Shown: positions 52,955 to 64,000, counted from the stretch's first letter. The stretch: 64,000 bases of DNA from an uncultured Gammaproteobacteria bacterium (GCA_963764725.1 CAVXTM010000016.1:277598-341597), one strand, 5' to 3'. Numbers and translations: made by a program. The notes: generated from the sequence alone by a model not told the origin.

Positions 52955-54628
52955 ATGCCTCAATACGTTTATACCATGAATCGCGTCGGCAAGGTGGTTC
53001 CGCACAAGCGGGTGATTCTACGCGATATCTCGTTATGTTTCTTCCCGGGGGCCAAAATCGGTGTGCTGGGACTCAACGGGGCCGGAAAATCGTCCTTATT
53101 GCGCATCATGGCCGGTATGGATAAGGACTATGACGGGGAAGCGATCCCGCAACCGGGGATCGCCATCGGTTTCCTTTCCCAGGAACCGCGGCTCGATCCC
53201 GGCAAGGACGTGCGCGGCAATGTGGAAGAGGCCATTGCGGGGAGCAAAGCGCTCCTCGACCGTTTCAATGCAATCTCGATGCGTTTCGCCGACCCGATGA
53301 GCGATGAGGAGATGAACCGGCTGCTCGAGGAGCAGGCCACACTGCAAGAGGCGATCGACACGGCCGGCGCATGGGAGCTCGAACGCACACTTGAGATCGC
53401 CGCCGATGCGCTCAGGCTGCCGTCTTGGGACGCCGATGTGAGTCAGCTCTCCGGCGGGGAACGGCGCCGCGTCGCGCTTTGCCGGCTGCTGCTCTCACAG
53501 CCCGACATGCTGCTCCTGGATGAGCCCACCAACCATCTGGACGCAGAGTCCGTGGCCTGGCTCGAACGCTACCTTGCCGGCTATCCGGGAACGGTGATCG
53601 CGGTGACCCATGACCGTTACTTTCTGGACAATGTCGCCGGTTGGATCTTGGAGCTCGACCGGGGTTATGGGATCCCCTGGCAAGGGAACTATTCCTCGTG
53701 GCTGGAACAGAAACAGCAGCGGCTCGAACGCGAAGAGAAACAAGCGGAGGGCCGCCGCAAGGCCATGCTGCTCGAGCTAGAATGGGTGCGGACTAACCCA
53801 AAAGGACGGCACGCGAAAAGCAAGGCGCGGCTGCAACGCTTTCAGGAGCTTGCCTCACAGGAGTATCAGCACCGCAACGAGACCAACGAGATCTATATCC
53901 CGCCGGGTCCACGGCTCGGGGATTTAGTGATCGAGGTCTCGCATTTGCGCAAGGCCTACGGGGATCGGCTGCTCATCGATGATCTGAGCTTTAAATTGCC
54001 CCCCGGAGGTATCGTCGGCGTTATCGGCCCGAATGGGGCCGGCAAGACGACCTTATTTCGGATGCTGACCGGGCAGGAAGCGCTCGATGCGGGCGAGATC
54101 CGCACAGGTGAGTCCGTGGTGCTCGCCTGTGTCGACCAGAGCCGCGATGCGTTGGCTGCCGAAAAAACCGTGTGGGAGGAGATCTCCGATGGACAGGACC
54201 TCCTACACGTGGGTAGCTACGAATGTCAGTCGCGATCGTACGTGGCCAGGTTCAATTTCAAGGGGGCGGATCAGCAAAAGCGGGTAGGAACGCTCTCCGG
54301 GGGCGAACGCAATCGCGTCCATCTCGCCAAAGTCCTGCGCCAGGGCGCGAATGTGTTACTCCTCGATGAACCGACCAACGACCTCGATGTCGAGACGCTC
54401 CGGGCCTTAGAGCAGGCGTTGCTGAATTTTCCGGGCTGCGCGGTGGTGATCTCGCACGATCGTTGGTTCTTGGACCGCGTGGCCACGCATATCCTGGCTT
54501 TCGAGGGCGACAGCCAGGTAATGTGGTTTGAAGGCAACTATGCCGGTTATGAAGCGGACCGGCATCGCCGGCTCGGCGGCGATGCGGATCAGCCCCATCG
54601 CGTCCATTATAAACCTCTCAAAGCGTAG
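52955..54628 (+). CDS. ettA: Energy-dependent translational throttle protein EttA (ABC-F)
   Basis: [16 protein letters not shown]...; two ABC cassettes. Confidence 0.95.
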   Translation: MPQYVYTMNRVGKVVPHKRVILRDISLCFFPGAKIGVLGLNGAGKSSLLRIMAGMDKDYDGEAIPQPGIAIGFLSQEPRLDPGKDVRGNVEEAIAGSKALLDRFNAISMRFADPMSDEEMNRLLEEQATLQEAIDTAGAWELERTLEIAADALRLPSWDADVSQLSGGERRRVALCRLLLSQPDMLLLDEPTNHLDAESVAWLERYLAGYPGTVIAVTHDRYFLDNVAGWILELDRGYGIPWQGNYSSWLEQKQQRLEREEKQAEGRRKAMLLELEWVRTNPKGRHAKSKARLQRFQELASQEYQHRNETNEIYIPPGPRLGDLVIEVSHLRKAYGDRLLIDDLSFKLPPGGIVGVIGPNGAGKTTLFRMLTGQEALDAGEIRTGESVVLACVDQSRDALAAEKTVWEEISDGQDLLHVGSYECQSRSYVARFNFKGADQQKRVGTLSGGERNRVHLAKVLRQGANVLLLDEPTNDLDVETLRALEQALLNFPGCAVVISHDRWFLDRVATHILAFEGDSQVMWFEGNYAGYEADRHRRLGGDADQPHRVHYKPLKA

Positions 54629-54639
54629 ACCTCGGCGGG

Positions 54640-55683
54640 TCAGATCCCCAGCGCCCGGATCTGTGCGACGATCTGCTTGTGAAACCGCGGCGCGGCGCAA
54701 ACGATGCCGCGGTTGGCCGTAAGGCCCATCCCTTGTGAGAAGTCGAGGGGTTTGTTGTCGATGTCGGTGACGATTACGCCAGCCTCAACGGCGATTAACA
54801 TCCCCGCGGCGTGATCCCAGATGTTTTCAACGTAATCGCCGCGCGTCGGCAAACGCAGATAGGCATCGGCTTGTCCGCGGGCGACGACGCCATATTTGCA
54901 CTGGCTATCCAGCCGCGCGGCCGCGCCCCCGCCGCCGAGCGCGGCGATCACTCGCGCCGCGTCTCCCTGATTGGAATGCCCTGATTCGACCGATTCGCAC
55001 ACCCGCATTGGTCCTTGGTAGGCATTGGCCTCGAGGCGTTGGGGGGGTGCGTGAGCGGCGCTCGCCGGACGCACGAAGCAACCGCCGCCCGCGATGGCCG
55101 AGAAGATAAGGCCGCTCGGATCAGGTTGATCGAAGGGTCGGTCGAAATCGGCCGAGAGATTCGGGCATCCCATCACGCCCACCACCACTTTGCCGGCTTC
55201 GATGTAGGCGAGGGAGACGGCGTATTGCCCGCGGCGTAGGAAGCCCTTGGTGCCGTCGATGGGGTCCACGGTCCAGTACGCCGAGGCAGTGGCATCGTGG
55301 TTGCCGAGATCGATGGCCGCGAGCACATCACTCTCGTGCGCCTCCGGCCACACCTCATGTACCGCGTGAATCACGGCGGCGCGCATCTCCGCGTCCGATC
55401 GCAATAGCCCGCTGCTCTCTTCACCCACCAGGAGCGTATCCGGCAACGACTCCACCAGCCGCTGCGCCACGATCGACTGCACCGCGAAATCGGCTACCGT
55501 GACAGGGCTCTTATCGCTCTTTAGGATCCTGCGCGTGGTTTCCAGCCGCGCTTGTATACTCCGGGCTACCCGGCACGCATCCCCGACGGCGGTGAGGCTG
55601 ACTGAGAGGAGACGATTCAGGTCGCTCAAGGGGAGGGTGGTCGATGATCTCGTAGGAAGCACGGAGCGAAGCATAGTCCTCAA
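54640..55683 (-). CDS. Inositol-monophosphatase-family 3'(2'),5'-bisphosphate nucleotidase (CysQ-like)
   Basis: ...WTVDPIDGTKGF... and ...GGG...D... motifs of the IMPase superfamily. Confidence 0.7.
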   Translation of the reverse strand: MRTMLRSVLPTRSSTTLPLSDLNRLLSVSLTAVGDACRVARSIQARLETTRRILKSDKSPVTVADFAVQSIVAQRLVESLPDTLLVGEESSGLLRSDAEMRAAVIHAVHEVWPEAHESDVLAAIDLGNHDATASAYWTVDPIDGTKGFLRRGQYAVSLAYIEAGKVVVGVMGCPNLSADFDRPFDQPDPSGLIFSAIAGGGCFVRPASAAHAPPQRLEANAYQGPMRVCESVESGHSNQGDAARVIAALGGGGAAARLDSQCKYGVVARGQADAYLRLPTRGDYVENIWDHAAGMLIAVEAGVIVTDIDNKPLDFSQGMGLTANRGIVCAAPRFHKQIVAQIRALGI

Positions 55684-55873
55684 TTCCTTAATAAAAAAAT
55701 AATCCGGCGGATGCGTGACGCTGAGCTTCCCCCGATGAGGAGTGCTCCACGGCGCGTCTCACATGAGCTTGAAAGATGTTACTGATCAAATCACGGATGC
55801 AAGAATCGCGTCAATCCTGAACACCCGGCTTTCTCGGCGCCAAGTCGTGGCCGCGGGCCTTCCCAAGAACCCC

Positions 55874-56812
55874 TTACGGCGCCTTTTCCAACCCCAGAAA
55901 CGTATTCAAGGTGTCGGTATTCTCCACGTTGTAGACCGTGGCATGCGTGGCGATCTCCCGCATCAGACCTTTCAACACCTTTCGAGGCCCCACCTCTACG
56001 AAGTTTGTGAGTCCGTCGTCGATAAGCCTTCTCATCGATGCGCTCCAGAGGACCGGCGCGGACACCTGCCGCTCGAGCGCCTCCCGGATCTCCTCAGGGG
56101 CCGAGACCCGCCCGGCGGTCGCGTTTGCCACCACCGGTAGTTCCGCCTTTTTGATTTCAGCGTCCGCGAGAGCTGCTCTCATCCTTCCACCGGCTGCGGC
56201 CATGAACTTGCTGTGCCATGCACCGCTCACCTTGAGGGGGATAACCATTCGCGCCCCGGCTTTCTTCAAAAGCTCCACCGCCCTTTCGATCCCGCTAGCC
56301 TCGCCGGTGAGTATGGTCTGGAGAGGGGAGTTGAAATTCGCCGGGGCGACGTAGCCTGCCGTGAGTGCCTCCTCGCAGATCATGGTCACCTTCTCGGCCC
56401 CCAACCCGATGACTGCCACCATGCCCCCAGGGTTTTTCTCGGCCGCTTCCTGCATGAAAAGCGCTCTTTTTCTTACCAGATCCATCATGGTCCCGAAGGT
56501 CATCGCTCCCGCCGCGTATAAAGCCGTGTATTCACCCAGACTATGGCCTGCCAGCGCATGCGGCTCTATGCCTTGCTGCTTCAGAACGCATAGGCATGCG
56601 GCGTTCACCAAAGCAACCGCGGGCTGGGCCATCTCGGTACGCTTCAGCACCTCGTCAGGGCCGTTGAAGCAGAGATCTGTCATGTGCATCGCCGTGGTTT
56701 CCGACGCCTCCTCGAACAAGGCTCGCACTTCCGGATGGTGCTCATAAAGATCCCTGCCCATGCCAGTGTATTGGGATCCCTGTCCGGGGAACAGAAAAGC
56801 TATCTTGTTCAT
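55874..56812 (-). CDS. fabD: Malonyl-CoA:ACP transacylase
   Basis: MNKIAFLFPGQGSQYTGMG...GHSLGEYTAL... Confidence 0.9.
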   Translation of the reverse strand: MNKIAFLFPGQGSQYTGMGRDLYEHHPEVRALFEEASETTAMHMTDLCFNGPDEVLKRTEMAQPAVALVNAACLCVLKQQGIEPHALAGHSLGEYTALYAAGAMTFGTMMDLVRKRALFMQEAAEKNPGGMVAVIGLGAEKVTMICEEALTAGYVAPANFNSPLQTILTGEASGIERAVELLKKAGARMVIPLKVSGAWHSKFMAAAGGRMRAALADAEIKKAELPVVANATAGRVSAPEEIREALERQVSAPVLWSASMRRLIDDGLTNFVEVGPRKVLKGLMREIATHATVYNVENTDTLNTFLGLEKAP

Positions 56813-56865
56813 CACGTGTTGGTCGTAAACGAGATCCTGTGGCCCATGGCCGCCGGCCCAAGCTC

Positions 56866-58155
56866 TCACAGCAGGATCTCCCGGATATCGCAGAGCACCT
56901 CGCTCAAATACCGGCAAAACTCCGCGGCGGCGACACCGTCGATCACGCGATGATCGTATGAGAGCGACAGCGGCAAGGTAAGCCGCGGTATGAAGCTCCC
57001 ATCGCGGTACACCGGTTTCATCGTTGCGCGCGATACTCCCAAAATCGCAACTTCGGGGAAGCTCACGAGCGGGGTAAAGCCGGTACCGCCCATGGCGCCT
57101 AAGCTCGAGATGGTAAAGCAACCGCCTTGTAGCTCGCGCAAGTCGAGTTTTCCCTCACGCGCCCGCGCGCCGAGACCCTGAAGCTCTCCCGCCAATTGCA
57201 ACAGACCCTTCTGATCGGCATCGCGTACGACGGGCACAAGTAAGCCCTGCTCGGTGTTGACCGCCATGCCGATGTGAAAGTATTTCTTAAGGACCAGCGC
57301 TTCGCCATCGGTCGTGAGCGAGGCATTGAATTCGGGGAAGCGCTTGAGCGCGGCTACCGCGGCTTTCACCAGGAAGGCAAGATAGGTCAACTTGATATTT
57401 TGCTTGGCGGCTTCCTGCAGCTTCGAGCGGCGAAACTCCTCAAGATCCGTGATATCCGCCTCATCGAATTGCGTGACCTGCGGGACGGTGATCCAACTGC
57501 GTTGCAGGGTTTGTCCCGTGCTGCGCTTGACCTTCGACAGCGGCCGCAATTCCGTCTTGCCGTATCTAGAAAAATCCACAGCCGTGACCGCCGGCATCAC
57601 ACCGGCCGCTCCGTCCAAGTGAGCGCCGGAGAGCGCCTTGCGGGTAAAGGCTTTAACATCTTCTTTCAGGATCCGGCCCTTGGGACCGCTGCCTTGGACG
57701 AGCCCAAGATCGACGCCCAGCTCGCGCGCGGCCCGCCGCACCGAGGGACTGGCATGGGAGCGGGCCGAACGGCTCCCGCGGACCATCTCCGCACCTTGCG
57801 GAAGCCCGGCCGGCGGTACCCGCGTTGCGGCGGCAGGGCGTGGATCTTCCTTGGGCGTCGGGCGTGAGGCCACTGGCGCCGGGGCATCCACGATGTCCGC
57901 GACCGGAGCATCGTCCGCCGGACTCAATACCAGGATTGCCGATCCCTCCGATACCTTTTCACCGACTTTGACGCGGATGTCTTTAACGATCCCGGCATAG
58001 GGAGAGGGGACCTCCATGGCCGCCTTATCGCTCTCTACGGTGATGAGCGGCGTCTCCACCTGGATTGTATCGCCCGGTTTGACCAGAATTTCGATGACAT
58101 CGATATCTTTGAAGTCACCGATGTCGGGCACGAGGACTTCGCGTTCAGCCGTCAT
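56866..58155 (-). CDS. aceF: Dihydrolipoamide acetyltransferase (E2) with a single lipoyl domain
   Basis: Lipoyl domain ...[18 protein letters not shown]..., a peripheral-subunit-binding domain, and the catalytic domain ...[11 protein letters not shown]. Confidence 0.85.
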   Translation of the reverse strand: MTAEREVLVPDIGDFKDIDVIEILVKPGDTIQVETPLITVESDKAAMEVPSPYAGIVKDIRVKVGEKVSEGSAILVLSPADDAPVADIVDAPAPVASRPTPKEDPRPAAATRVPPAGLPQGAEMVRGSRSARSHASPSVRRAARELGVDLGLVQGSGPKGRILKEDVKAFTRKALSGAHLDGAAGVMPAVTAVDFSRYGKTELRPLSKVKRSTGQTLQRSWITVPQVTQFDEADITDLEEFRRSKLQEAAKQNIKLTYLAFLVKAAVAALKRFPEFNASLTTDGEALVLKKYFHIGMAVNTEQGLLVPVVRDADQKGLLQLAGELQGLGARAREGKLDLRELQGGCFTISSLGAMGGTGFTPLVSFPEVAILGVSRATMKPVYRDGSFIPRLTLPLSLSYDHRVIDGVAAAEFCRYLSEVLCDIREILL

Positions 58156-58387
58156 GGATCCCAATGTACCCGATCGGCGCGCGGCTGTTAATGCGGCCGA
58201 GTTGAAATGATTGGCTTCTTGGCAAAATCTATGGGTATTCCGTTATCGCCCTTTCCCACCGGGAGAGCAACCGTGTTTGACAGCTAAATAGGTTCAGTCG
58301 TATCTTCCCTTTAGAAATAAGGGGTTTTGAAAATTCGTAGCGCGGCCTCTGGCCGCAACCAAATGGCAGGCGAAACTTCTTTGCCAA

Positions 58388-60325
58388 ATGCAGGCTGAAA
58401 AATCTCCGCTAGCCCTTCTTTTTCAAAGCGGGGGACCTACGCCACGTCCCCTCTTACCAAGGGGGGACCGCAGGGGGGCTACCGTCGTCGCACTACTGCT
58501 CGTCTGCACCATCCTCTCCGCCTGCGCCGCCCCCGTCGGCGTGACGCGGATGGGTGCCCAAGACGTCAACCGCTCTCTGACCAGTAGTGTCGTGTCGAGC
58601 GGCGATCTCAGCGGCCCGACGCAGATCGCTCTGCGGCGCCACGATCTCACCGAGAGATTCGACGACGACCCGGAGGCAGCAATGCGCGCGCTGCACGCCG
58701 AGGTAGCAACCGGCGAGCTCGATCCGGGCGAGGCCTACGCCCTGGCAGAACTGTCCTACTACCATGCCGAAGCGACCGAGCAACGTCCTTACTATTTCGC
58801 CGCTGCCGCCTACGCCTACGCGTTCCTTTTCCCCGAACGCGAAGAGGATCAGGTCGACCGCATCGATCCGCGCGTACGCGTCGCCTGCGACATCTACAAC
58901 ATGGCCATCGCCCGTGCCTTCGCATCGGAGGACGGCGATCACGTCGAACTGCGCGGCGGGCACTTCCCGCTGCCGTTCGGCACGTTGACCGTAGCCTTCG
59001 ATCCCGCCGACCTGATCTGGGGCAAGCGCAAACTGGTCGATCTCATACCTTCGGCCGAACTCGCCGTACGCGGACTGCAGAACCGCTACCGCCGCGGCGG
59101 CGTCGGCGCGCCGCTGGCGGCGCGCACCGAACCGATCGATCCGAGTCAACCGCTCGCCGACTTCATCGCGCCCGGCGTGCGCGTGCCGGGAACCGCCGTC
59201 CTGCGCTTCGAACCCCCACTGCTGCGGGGTTCCGAGCTAAACGCAACGCTCGATCTGTACACCGAAATCGAGACCGACACCGTGACCCTGGGCGGACAGG
59301 TGGTGCCGCTCGAATCGGAACCCAGCGCGGCGTTGGCAATGGCGCTGGCCGAATCGCAATTCTGGAAGCTGGAGCTGCAAGGCCTGCTCGGCAAGATGCT
59401 AAACGTCTCGCGCGACAGCCGGCTGTTCGCGCGGTCACCGCATCGGCCCGGACGGATCCCGGTCGTCTTCGTCCACGGCACCGGCTCGAGCCCGGCGCGC
59501 TGGGCTGACATGGTCAACGACCTCAGCTCCGACACGGAGATCAGCAAGCGCTTCGAGTTCTGGTTCTTCACCTATGACTCCGGCAACCCCATCCCCTATT
59601 CGGCGATGATCCTGCGCCGATCGCTGCAGGACGCGGTGAAGAATCTCGACCCGAGCGGAACCGACAAGTGTCTGCGCGACATGGTCGTCATCGGGCACAG
59701 CCAGGGAGGGTTGTTGACGAAGATGACCGCCATCGATTCCGGCGACAAGTTCTGGGAGAACATCAACTCCAAGCCGTTCGATGAGGTGAATCTCTCCGAC
59801 GCGACGCGCAGTATCGTGCGCGACGCGCTGTTCATCGAGCCCCTCCCCTTCGTCAAACGCGTCATCTTCGTCGCCACGCCGCACCGCGGCAGCTACCTCG
59901 CCGGGCCGCAGATCATTCTCCGCCTTGCGGAACGGCTCATCAGCCTGCCGGGGGACGTCCTCGAGCTCGGCGCCGAGCTGATTCGGGTGAACGACGCGAG
60001 CGACTCGTACCTCACGCTCGAACGCATCCCGACCAGCATCGACAACATGTCGCCGAACAACCGGTTTATCAAAACGATCTCGACCATCCCGATCGATCCC
60101 GGCATCAAGGCGCACTCGATCATCCCGGTGGAAACCGACGGTTCGATCGAGGACGGCAACGACGGCGTCGTCGAGTACACGAGCGCAAATATCGAGGGCG
60201 TCGAGTCTGAGCTGGTGGTCCACTCGAATCACTCATGTCAGGCCAATCCGCATACCGTGGGAGAGGTCTGGCGGATTCTGCGCCTGCATGCCGAGGAGGC
60301 GTCATGCAGTGCCGGTGCCCCGTGA
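58388..60325 (+). CDS. Lipoprotein alpha/beta-hydrolase (esterase/lipase-like)
   Basis: Lipobox LSAC; nucleophile elbow GHSQGG inside a C-terminal alpha/beta-hydrolase core; the N-terminal roughly 300 aa are unrecognised. Confidence 0.65.
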   Translation: MQAEKSPLALLFQSGGPTPRPLLPRGDRRGATVVALLLVCTILSACAAPVGVTRMGAQDVNRSLTSSVVSSGDLSGPTQIALRRHDLTERFDDDPEAAMRALHAEVATGELDPGEAYALAELSYYHAEATEQRPYYFAAAAYAYAFLFPEREEDQVDRIDPRVRVACDIYNMAIARAFASEDGDHVELRGGHFPLPFGTLTVAFDPADLIWGKRKLVDLIPSAELAVRGLQNRYRRGGVGAPLAARTEPIDPSQPLADFIAPGVRVPGTAVLRFEPPLLRGSELNATLDLYTEIETDTVTLGGQVVPLESEPSAALAMALAESQFWKLELQGLLGKMLNVSRDSRLFARSPHRPGRIPVVFVHGTGSSPARWADMVNDLSSDTEISKRFEFWFFTYDSGNPIPYSAMILRRSLQDAVKNLDPSGTDKCLRDMVVIGHSQGGLLTKMTAIDSGDKFWENINSKPFDEVNLSDATRSIVRDALFIEPLPFVKRVIFVATPHRGSYLAGPQIILRLAERLISLPGDVLELGAELIRVNDASDSYLTLERIPTSIDNMSPNNRFIKTISTIPIDPGIKAHSIIPVETDGSIEDGNDGVVEYTSANIEGVESELVVHSNHSCQANPHTVGEVWRILRLHAEEASCSAGAP

Positions 60326-60331
60326 CTCCAC

Positions 60332-61135
60332 ATGAGAAGGTTGCTTTTTGCAATGGCTTTGGCGTCGCTGGCCGTTGTGTCGGGATGCACAGTGCCGAGC
60401 GAAGAAATGGCGAGCGAGAACGAACCTGCTGCAACGTCGCTACCGAAGGTCTACCAGGTGGATTCGGTCGCGATCAATCGGCCCGGGAAGCCTGGCCCTC
60501 TCACGATATGTGTGGAGGCAACGGCCCAGACTCCGGGATACACGAATGTGAGGTTGGAGCCCGCCACCACTGCCACACCTCCTGACGGGATCTATGATCT
60601 GAACCTGGTTGGGGACGCGCCCACCGAGTCTGTGCTCCAGGTACTTACGCCCATCACGGTGCGCCATTCCTGGCTAGATTTTCCGGCAGACTTGAAGGCC
60701 GTTCGCATCGTGGCTGCATCCAATGCGAGCATCGCCCGACTCGGCGAAGAGGCAAAAGGCTGTTCGCCCGATGCCGCCCGGCAGCCCGCAGGATCGAGCC
60801 AGACCTTGATCGGCGGCACATGGCTCGCCGAGGACATCCGCGGAGGCGGCGTCATCGACAACGCCCAGTCCACCATCAGCTTCGCTCCAGAGGGAAGCGC
60901 TGCCGGCTCGGGCGGCTGCAACAGGTTCCGTGGACCGGCGAAGCTTGAAGGCACCACGGTTACGATTGGCCCACTCGCCGCCACCCGCATGGCCTGCGCC
61001 CCCGCCCTCATGGATCAGGAGCAGAAGTTCCTTGCCGCGCTCGAGGCCGCGAGGTCGTTTCGACTTGAGGGAACTCTCCTGAAGCTTCTCGACGAGGCCG
61101 GGAGTGAAATCATGAGCCTCACACGCCTGCCATAA
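60332..61135 (+). CDS. META/HslJ-domain lipoprotein
   Basis: Lipobox VVSGC; C-terminal LIGGTWLAEDI...GGCNRFRGPAKLEGTTVTIGPLAATRMACAP...QEQKFLAAL (META domain). Confidence 0.65.
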   Translation: MRRLLFAMALASLAVVSGCTVPSEEMASENEPAATSLPKVYQVDSVAINRPGKPGPLTICVEATAQTPGYTNVRLEPATTATPPDGIYDLNLVGDAPTESVLQVLTPITVRHSWLDFPADLKAVRIVAASNASIARLGEEAKGCSPDAARQPAGSSQTLIGGTWLAEDIRGGGVIDNAQSTISFAPEGSAAGSGGCNRFRGPAKLEGTTVTIGPLAATRMACAPALMDQEQKFLAALEAARSFRLEGTLLKLLDEAGSEIMSLTRLP

Positions 61136-61337
61136 TTGCTACAGCCGATTGAGGAGTGAATGCAGCGATGATGTACGGCGAATCGCCCCGATGAATATCC
61201 AATGCGATCCTGTGTGGCCTGCACGGTTACCATGGCGCTTCGTGCGCGCCACTGCCTCACCTGGTCATGGAAATCCGAAGAGTCTACGTTACCGGCGCGA
61301 AAAAGCATGGCATTTTCCTTAAGGAGAGCTGCGTCGG

Positions 61338-62042
61338 ATGATTAGATTACATCAATTCAAACGCCAATGGGGGATTGCCAATCCCAGCCCCTTCTGCATG
61401 AAGGTCGAGACCTATTTGCGTATGACGGGGCTTGCGTACGAGGTCATCGAGGAAGGTTCTCCTTTAAACGCCCCCAAGAAGAAACTGCCTTACATAAACG
61501 ACGGGGAGAAGGTGATCCCGGACTCGGGTTTCATCATCGACTACCTCAAGGTGAGCTACGGAAACCCCCTCGACGGCGGCCTGTCGCGCGCGCAGCAAGC
61601 CGAAGCACACCTGTTGCGGCGGTTATGCGAAGAAAGCCTGCTTTGGCCTGTCGTGTATTCGCGTTGGATCGACTCTAGCGGGTGGAGCGTCATCAAACCG
61701 GCCTTCTTTGGCGCCTTGCCTCCCGTGCTGCGGGAGGCCGTGCCCTGGCTCGCGCAACGGCGCGTCAAACGCATGCTGTGGCTGCAAGGCATGGGCCGTC
61801 ACCGGCCCGAGGAGATCTATCGCCTGGGCATCGAGGATCTCGCGGCGATCGCCGCCTGCTTAGGAGACAAGTCCTTTTTCTTCGGCACGGCACCGACCTC
61901 GATCGATGCCGCGGTCTATGCGACCCTCGCCAATATCATCGCTCCGCCGATCGCATCGCCTCTCAAAGACCATGCCTTATCTCAGGAGAATGTCATCGCC
62001 TATTGCGAACGGATGCGTGAGCGCTACTACGGCGCAGTTTAG
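61338..62042 (+). CDS. GST-N/thioredoxin-like family protein (FAXC/Tom37-like)
   Basis: MIRLHQFKRQWGIANPSPFCMKVETYLRMTGLAYEV...LPYINDGEKVIPDSGFIIDYL. Confidence 0.65.
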   Translation: MIRLHQFKRQWGIANPSPFCMKVETYLRMTGLAYEVIEEGSPLNAPKKKLPYINDGEKVIPDSGFIIDYLKVSYGNPLDGGLSRAQQAEAHLLRRLCEESLLWPVVYSRWIDSSGWSVIKPAFFGALPPVLREAVPWLAQRRVKRMLWLQGMGRHRPEEIYRLGIEDLAAIAACLGDKSFFFGTAPTSIDAAVYATLANIIAPPIASPLKDHALSQENVIAYCERMRERYYGAV

Positions 62043-64000
62043 GCTTTAACGGGACTCGGTTTCTCAGGGTCAAGGCCGTATTTCCGCAGGGCCTCGATGA
62101 CGATGCTATGCGGCACGCCGCCTTCATCGGCCAGTGCGCTCAGCGCCGCGACGGTGATGTAGTAACGGCTCACCTCGAAAAACTCCCGCAGCTTGGCGCG
62201 GGTATCGCTCCGGCCGTAACCGTCAGTGCCGAGCACGACGTACCGCCGAGGCACGAAGCAGCGGATCTGGTCGGCGTAGGCTTTCATGTAGTCGCTCGCG
62301 GCGATCACCGGACCGGATCGTTCCTTCAGGCAGGCGCTGACATAGCTCACCTTGGGCGTGGCCTGCGGATGGTGTCGATTCCAGCGCTCGCACTCGAGCC
62401 CCTCGCGCCGCAACTCGGTAAAGCTGGTCACACTCCACACATCGGAGCCGATATTGAAATCCTGTTCGAGCAGCCGGGCGGCGGCGAGGACTTCATGGAG
62501 GATGGCGCCCGAGCCCAGGAGTTGGACCTTGCCCTCAGTGCCGGCATCCTTAAACCGGTACATGCCGCGCAGCACGCCTTCCTCACTGCCCTCGGGTTTC
62601 CCGGGGTGAGCATAGTTCTCGTTGGTCACAGTGAGGTAGTAGAAGATGTCTTCCTGCAACTCAACCATGCGCCGCAACCCTTCTTGCACGATGAGTGCAA
62701 TCTCGAACGCGAAGGTCGGATCGTAGCCGATGCAGCTTGGGAGACTGGCCGCGAGCAGATGGCTATGTCCATCCTGGTGCTGAAGGCCTTCCCCGGCCAA
62801 GGTGGTGCGTCCTGAAGTCCCGCCGATGAGAAACCCACGCGCGCGGCTATCGCCCGCGGCCCACAATAGATCACCGATGCGTTGAAACCCGAACATGGAG
62901 TAAAAGATAAAGAAGGGAACCATCTGCACGCCGTGGTTGCTGTATGAGGTCCCCGCGGCGATCCAAGACGAGATCGATCCCGCCTCGGTGATACCTTCTT
63001 CGAGGATTTGCCCGCCGCGGTCTTCACGGTAATACAGCAATTGACCGTAGTCCACGGGTTCGTAGAGCTGGCCCACGGAGGAGTAAATACCGAACTGCCG
63101 GAACATGCCTTCCATGCCGAAGGTGCGCGCTTCATCGGCCACGATGGGAACGACGTGCCGGCCAATGGCTGGATCTTTGATCAAACCGGTCAACAGGCGC
63201 ACGAAGGCCATGGTCGTGGAGATCTCTCGTCCCTCGGTCCCCTTGAGCAGAGGCTCGAAGGTACGCGCTTCCGGAAACTGAAGTGGCGGGGCCGCGCGCC
63301 GGCGCTGGGGGAGATCCCCGCCGAGGGCCTGGCGGCGCTCGGCGAGATAGCGCCGCTCGGGGCTGTCTTCGGGTGGTCGATAGAAGGGCGCCGCGGCTAT
63401 GGCTTCATCCGAAATTGGGATATTGAAGCGGTCCCGGAAGCCTTTGAGCGCCTCCTCGCCCATCTTCTTCTGCTGGTGGGTGAAATTCTGTCCCTCGCCC
63501 GACTCGCCCATGCCGTAGCCCTTGATCGTCTTGGCGAGGATCACGGTCGGCTGGCCGCTGTGCTTAACCGCCTGCGCATAAGCGGCGTAGACCTTATGGG
63601 GATCGTGACCGCCGCGGTTGAGGCGCCACAGATCCGCATCGCTCATATTCGCGACCAGGGCCTTGAGCTCCGGATACTTGCCGAAGAAATGCGCGCGCAC
63701 ATAATCGCCGCCCTTGGCGGCGTAGGCCTGGTAGTCGCCGTCCACGCACTCCTCCATCCGCTTGAGCAGAAGACCGCCGGTGTCGCGCGCGATGAGCGGA
63801 TCCCAGTAAGAGCCCCAGATCACCTTGATGACGTTCCAACCGGCCCCGCGAAAAACCGCTTCGAGCTCTTGAATGATCTTGCCGTTTCCGCGCACCGGAC
63901 CGTCGAGCCGCTGTAGATTACAGTTGATGACGAAGATGAGATTGTCGAGCCGTTCGCGCGCGCCGAGGCTGATCGCGCCCAAGGATTCCGGCTCATCCAT
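62039..64000 (-). CDS. aceE: Pyruvate dehydrogenase E1 component (homodimeric AceE type), C-terminal about 650 aa; the 5' end lies beyond the window
   Basis: ...ISTTMAFVRLL...VPIVADEARTFGMEGMFRQFGIYS...LGTDGYGRSDTR... Confidence 0.95.
   Translation of the reverse strand: MDEPESLGAISLGARERLDNLIFVINCNLQRLDGPVRGNGKIIQELEAVFRGAGWNVIKVIWGSYWDPLIARDTGGLLLKRMEECVDGDYQAYAAKGGDYVRAHFFGKYPELKALVANMSDADLWRLNRGGHDPHKVYAAYAQAVKHSGQPTVILAKTIKGYGMGESGEGQNFTHQQKKMGEEALKGFRDRFNIPISDEAIAAAPFYRPPEDSPERRYLAERRQALGGDLPQRRRAAPPLQFPEARTFEPLLKGTEGREISTTMAFVRLLTGLIKDPAIGRHVVPIVADEARTFGMEGMFRQFGIYSSVGQLYEPVDYGQLLYYREDRGGQILEEGITEAGSISSWIAAGTSYSNHGVQMVPFFIFYSMFGFQRIGDLLWAAGDSRARGFLIGGTSGRTTLAGEGLQHQDGHSHLLAASLPSCIGYDPTFAFEIALIVQEGLRRMVELQEDIFYYLTVTNENYAHPGKPEGSEEGVLRGMYRFKDAGTEGKVQLLGSGAILHEVLAAARLLEQDFNIGSDVWSVTSFTELRREGLECERWNRHHPQATPKVSYVSACLKERSGPVIAASDYMKAYADQIRCFVPRRYVVLGTDGYGRSDTRAKLREFFEVSRYYITVAALSALADEGGVPHSIVIEALRKYGLDPEKPSPVKA

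Noticed and set aside
63008-63916. 302-aa plus-strand ORF
   Set aside because: Shadow frame inside aceE.

Overview
This 64-kb window is GC-rich (about 64%) and looks like a proteobacterial chromosome segment, probably a non-enteric gammaproteobacterium: it has a CIRCE-regulated groESL, a cutA-dsbD-tlpA-aroQ-accB-accC block, fis-purH-purD and a 4-bp aceE/GST-like overlap typical of compact bacterial operons. Conserved housekeeping genes (modEABC, hemF, hisBH, purDH, accBC, groESL, gltA, glnE, ilvE, queG, djlA, ettA, fabD, aceEF) alternate with accessory or decayed stretches. The decayed stretches include a frameshifted hsdR 3' remnant next to an uncharacterised 411-aa protein with a C-terminal PD-(D/E)xK-like signature. 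They also include a low-GC frameshifted methyltransferase, a frameshifted transposase-like gene bracketed by 19-bp direct repeats, an internally deleted B12/radical-SAM gene, a HEAT-repeat pseudogene and a truncated msrA beside a tiny membrane-peptide ORF. A tlpA-DUF4266-DUF3570-OMP-apbE envelope cluster sits beside a Tat-exported four-helix-bundle Cys-rich (Csp1-like) protein. Two short repeat families are not explained by the genes. One is a roughly 28-nt motif found five times exactly at stop/start boundaries of hisB/hisH, accB/accC and gltA. The other is a 24-bp palindrome-containing repeat found three times, once upstream of the STAS/Csp region and twice as an inverted MITE-like pair upstream of a low-GC exported protein whose mature N-terminus is His. 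No CRISPR array, rRNA or tRNA was found. All product calls come from reading motifs in the supplied translations and have not been checked against databases.
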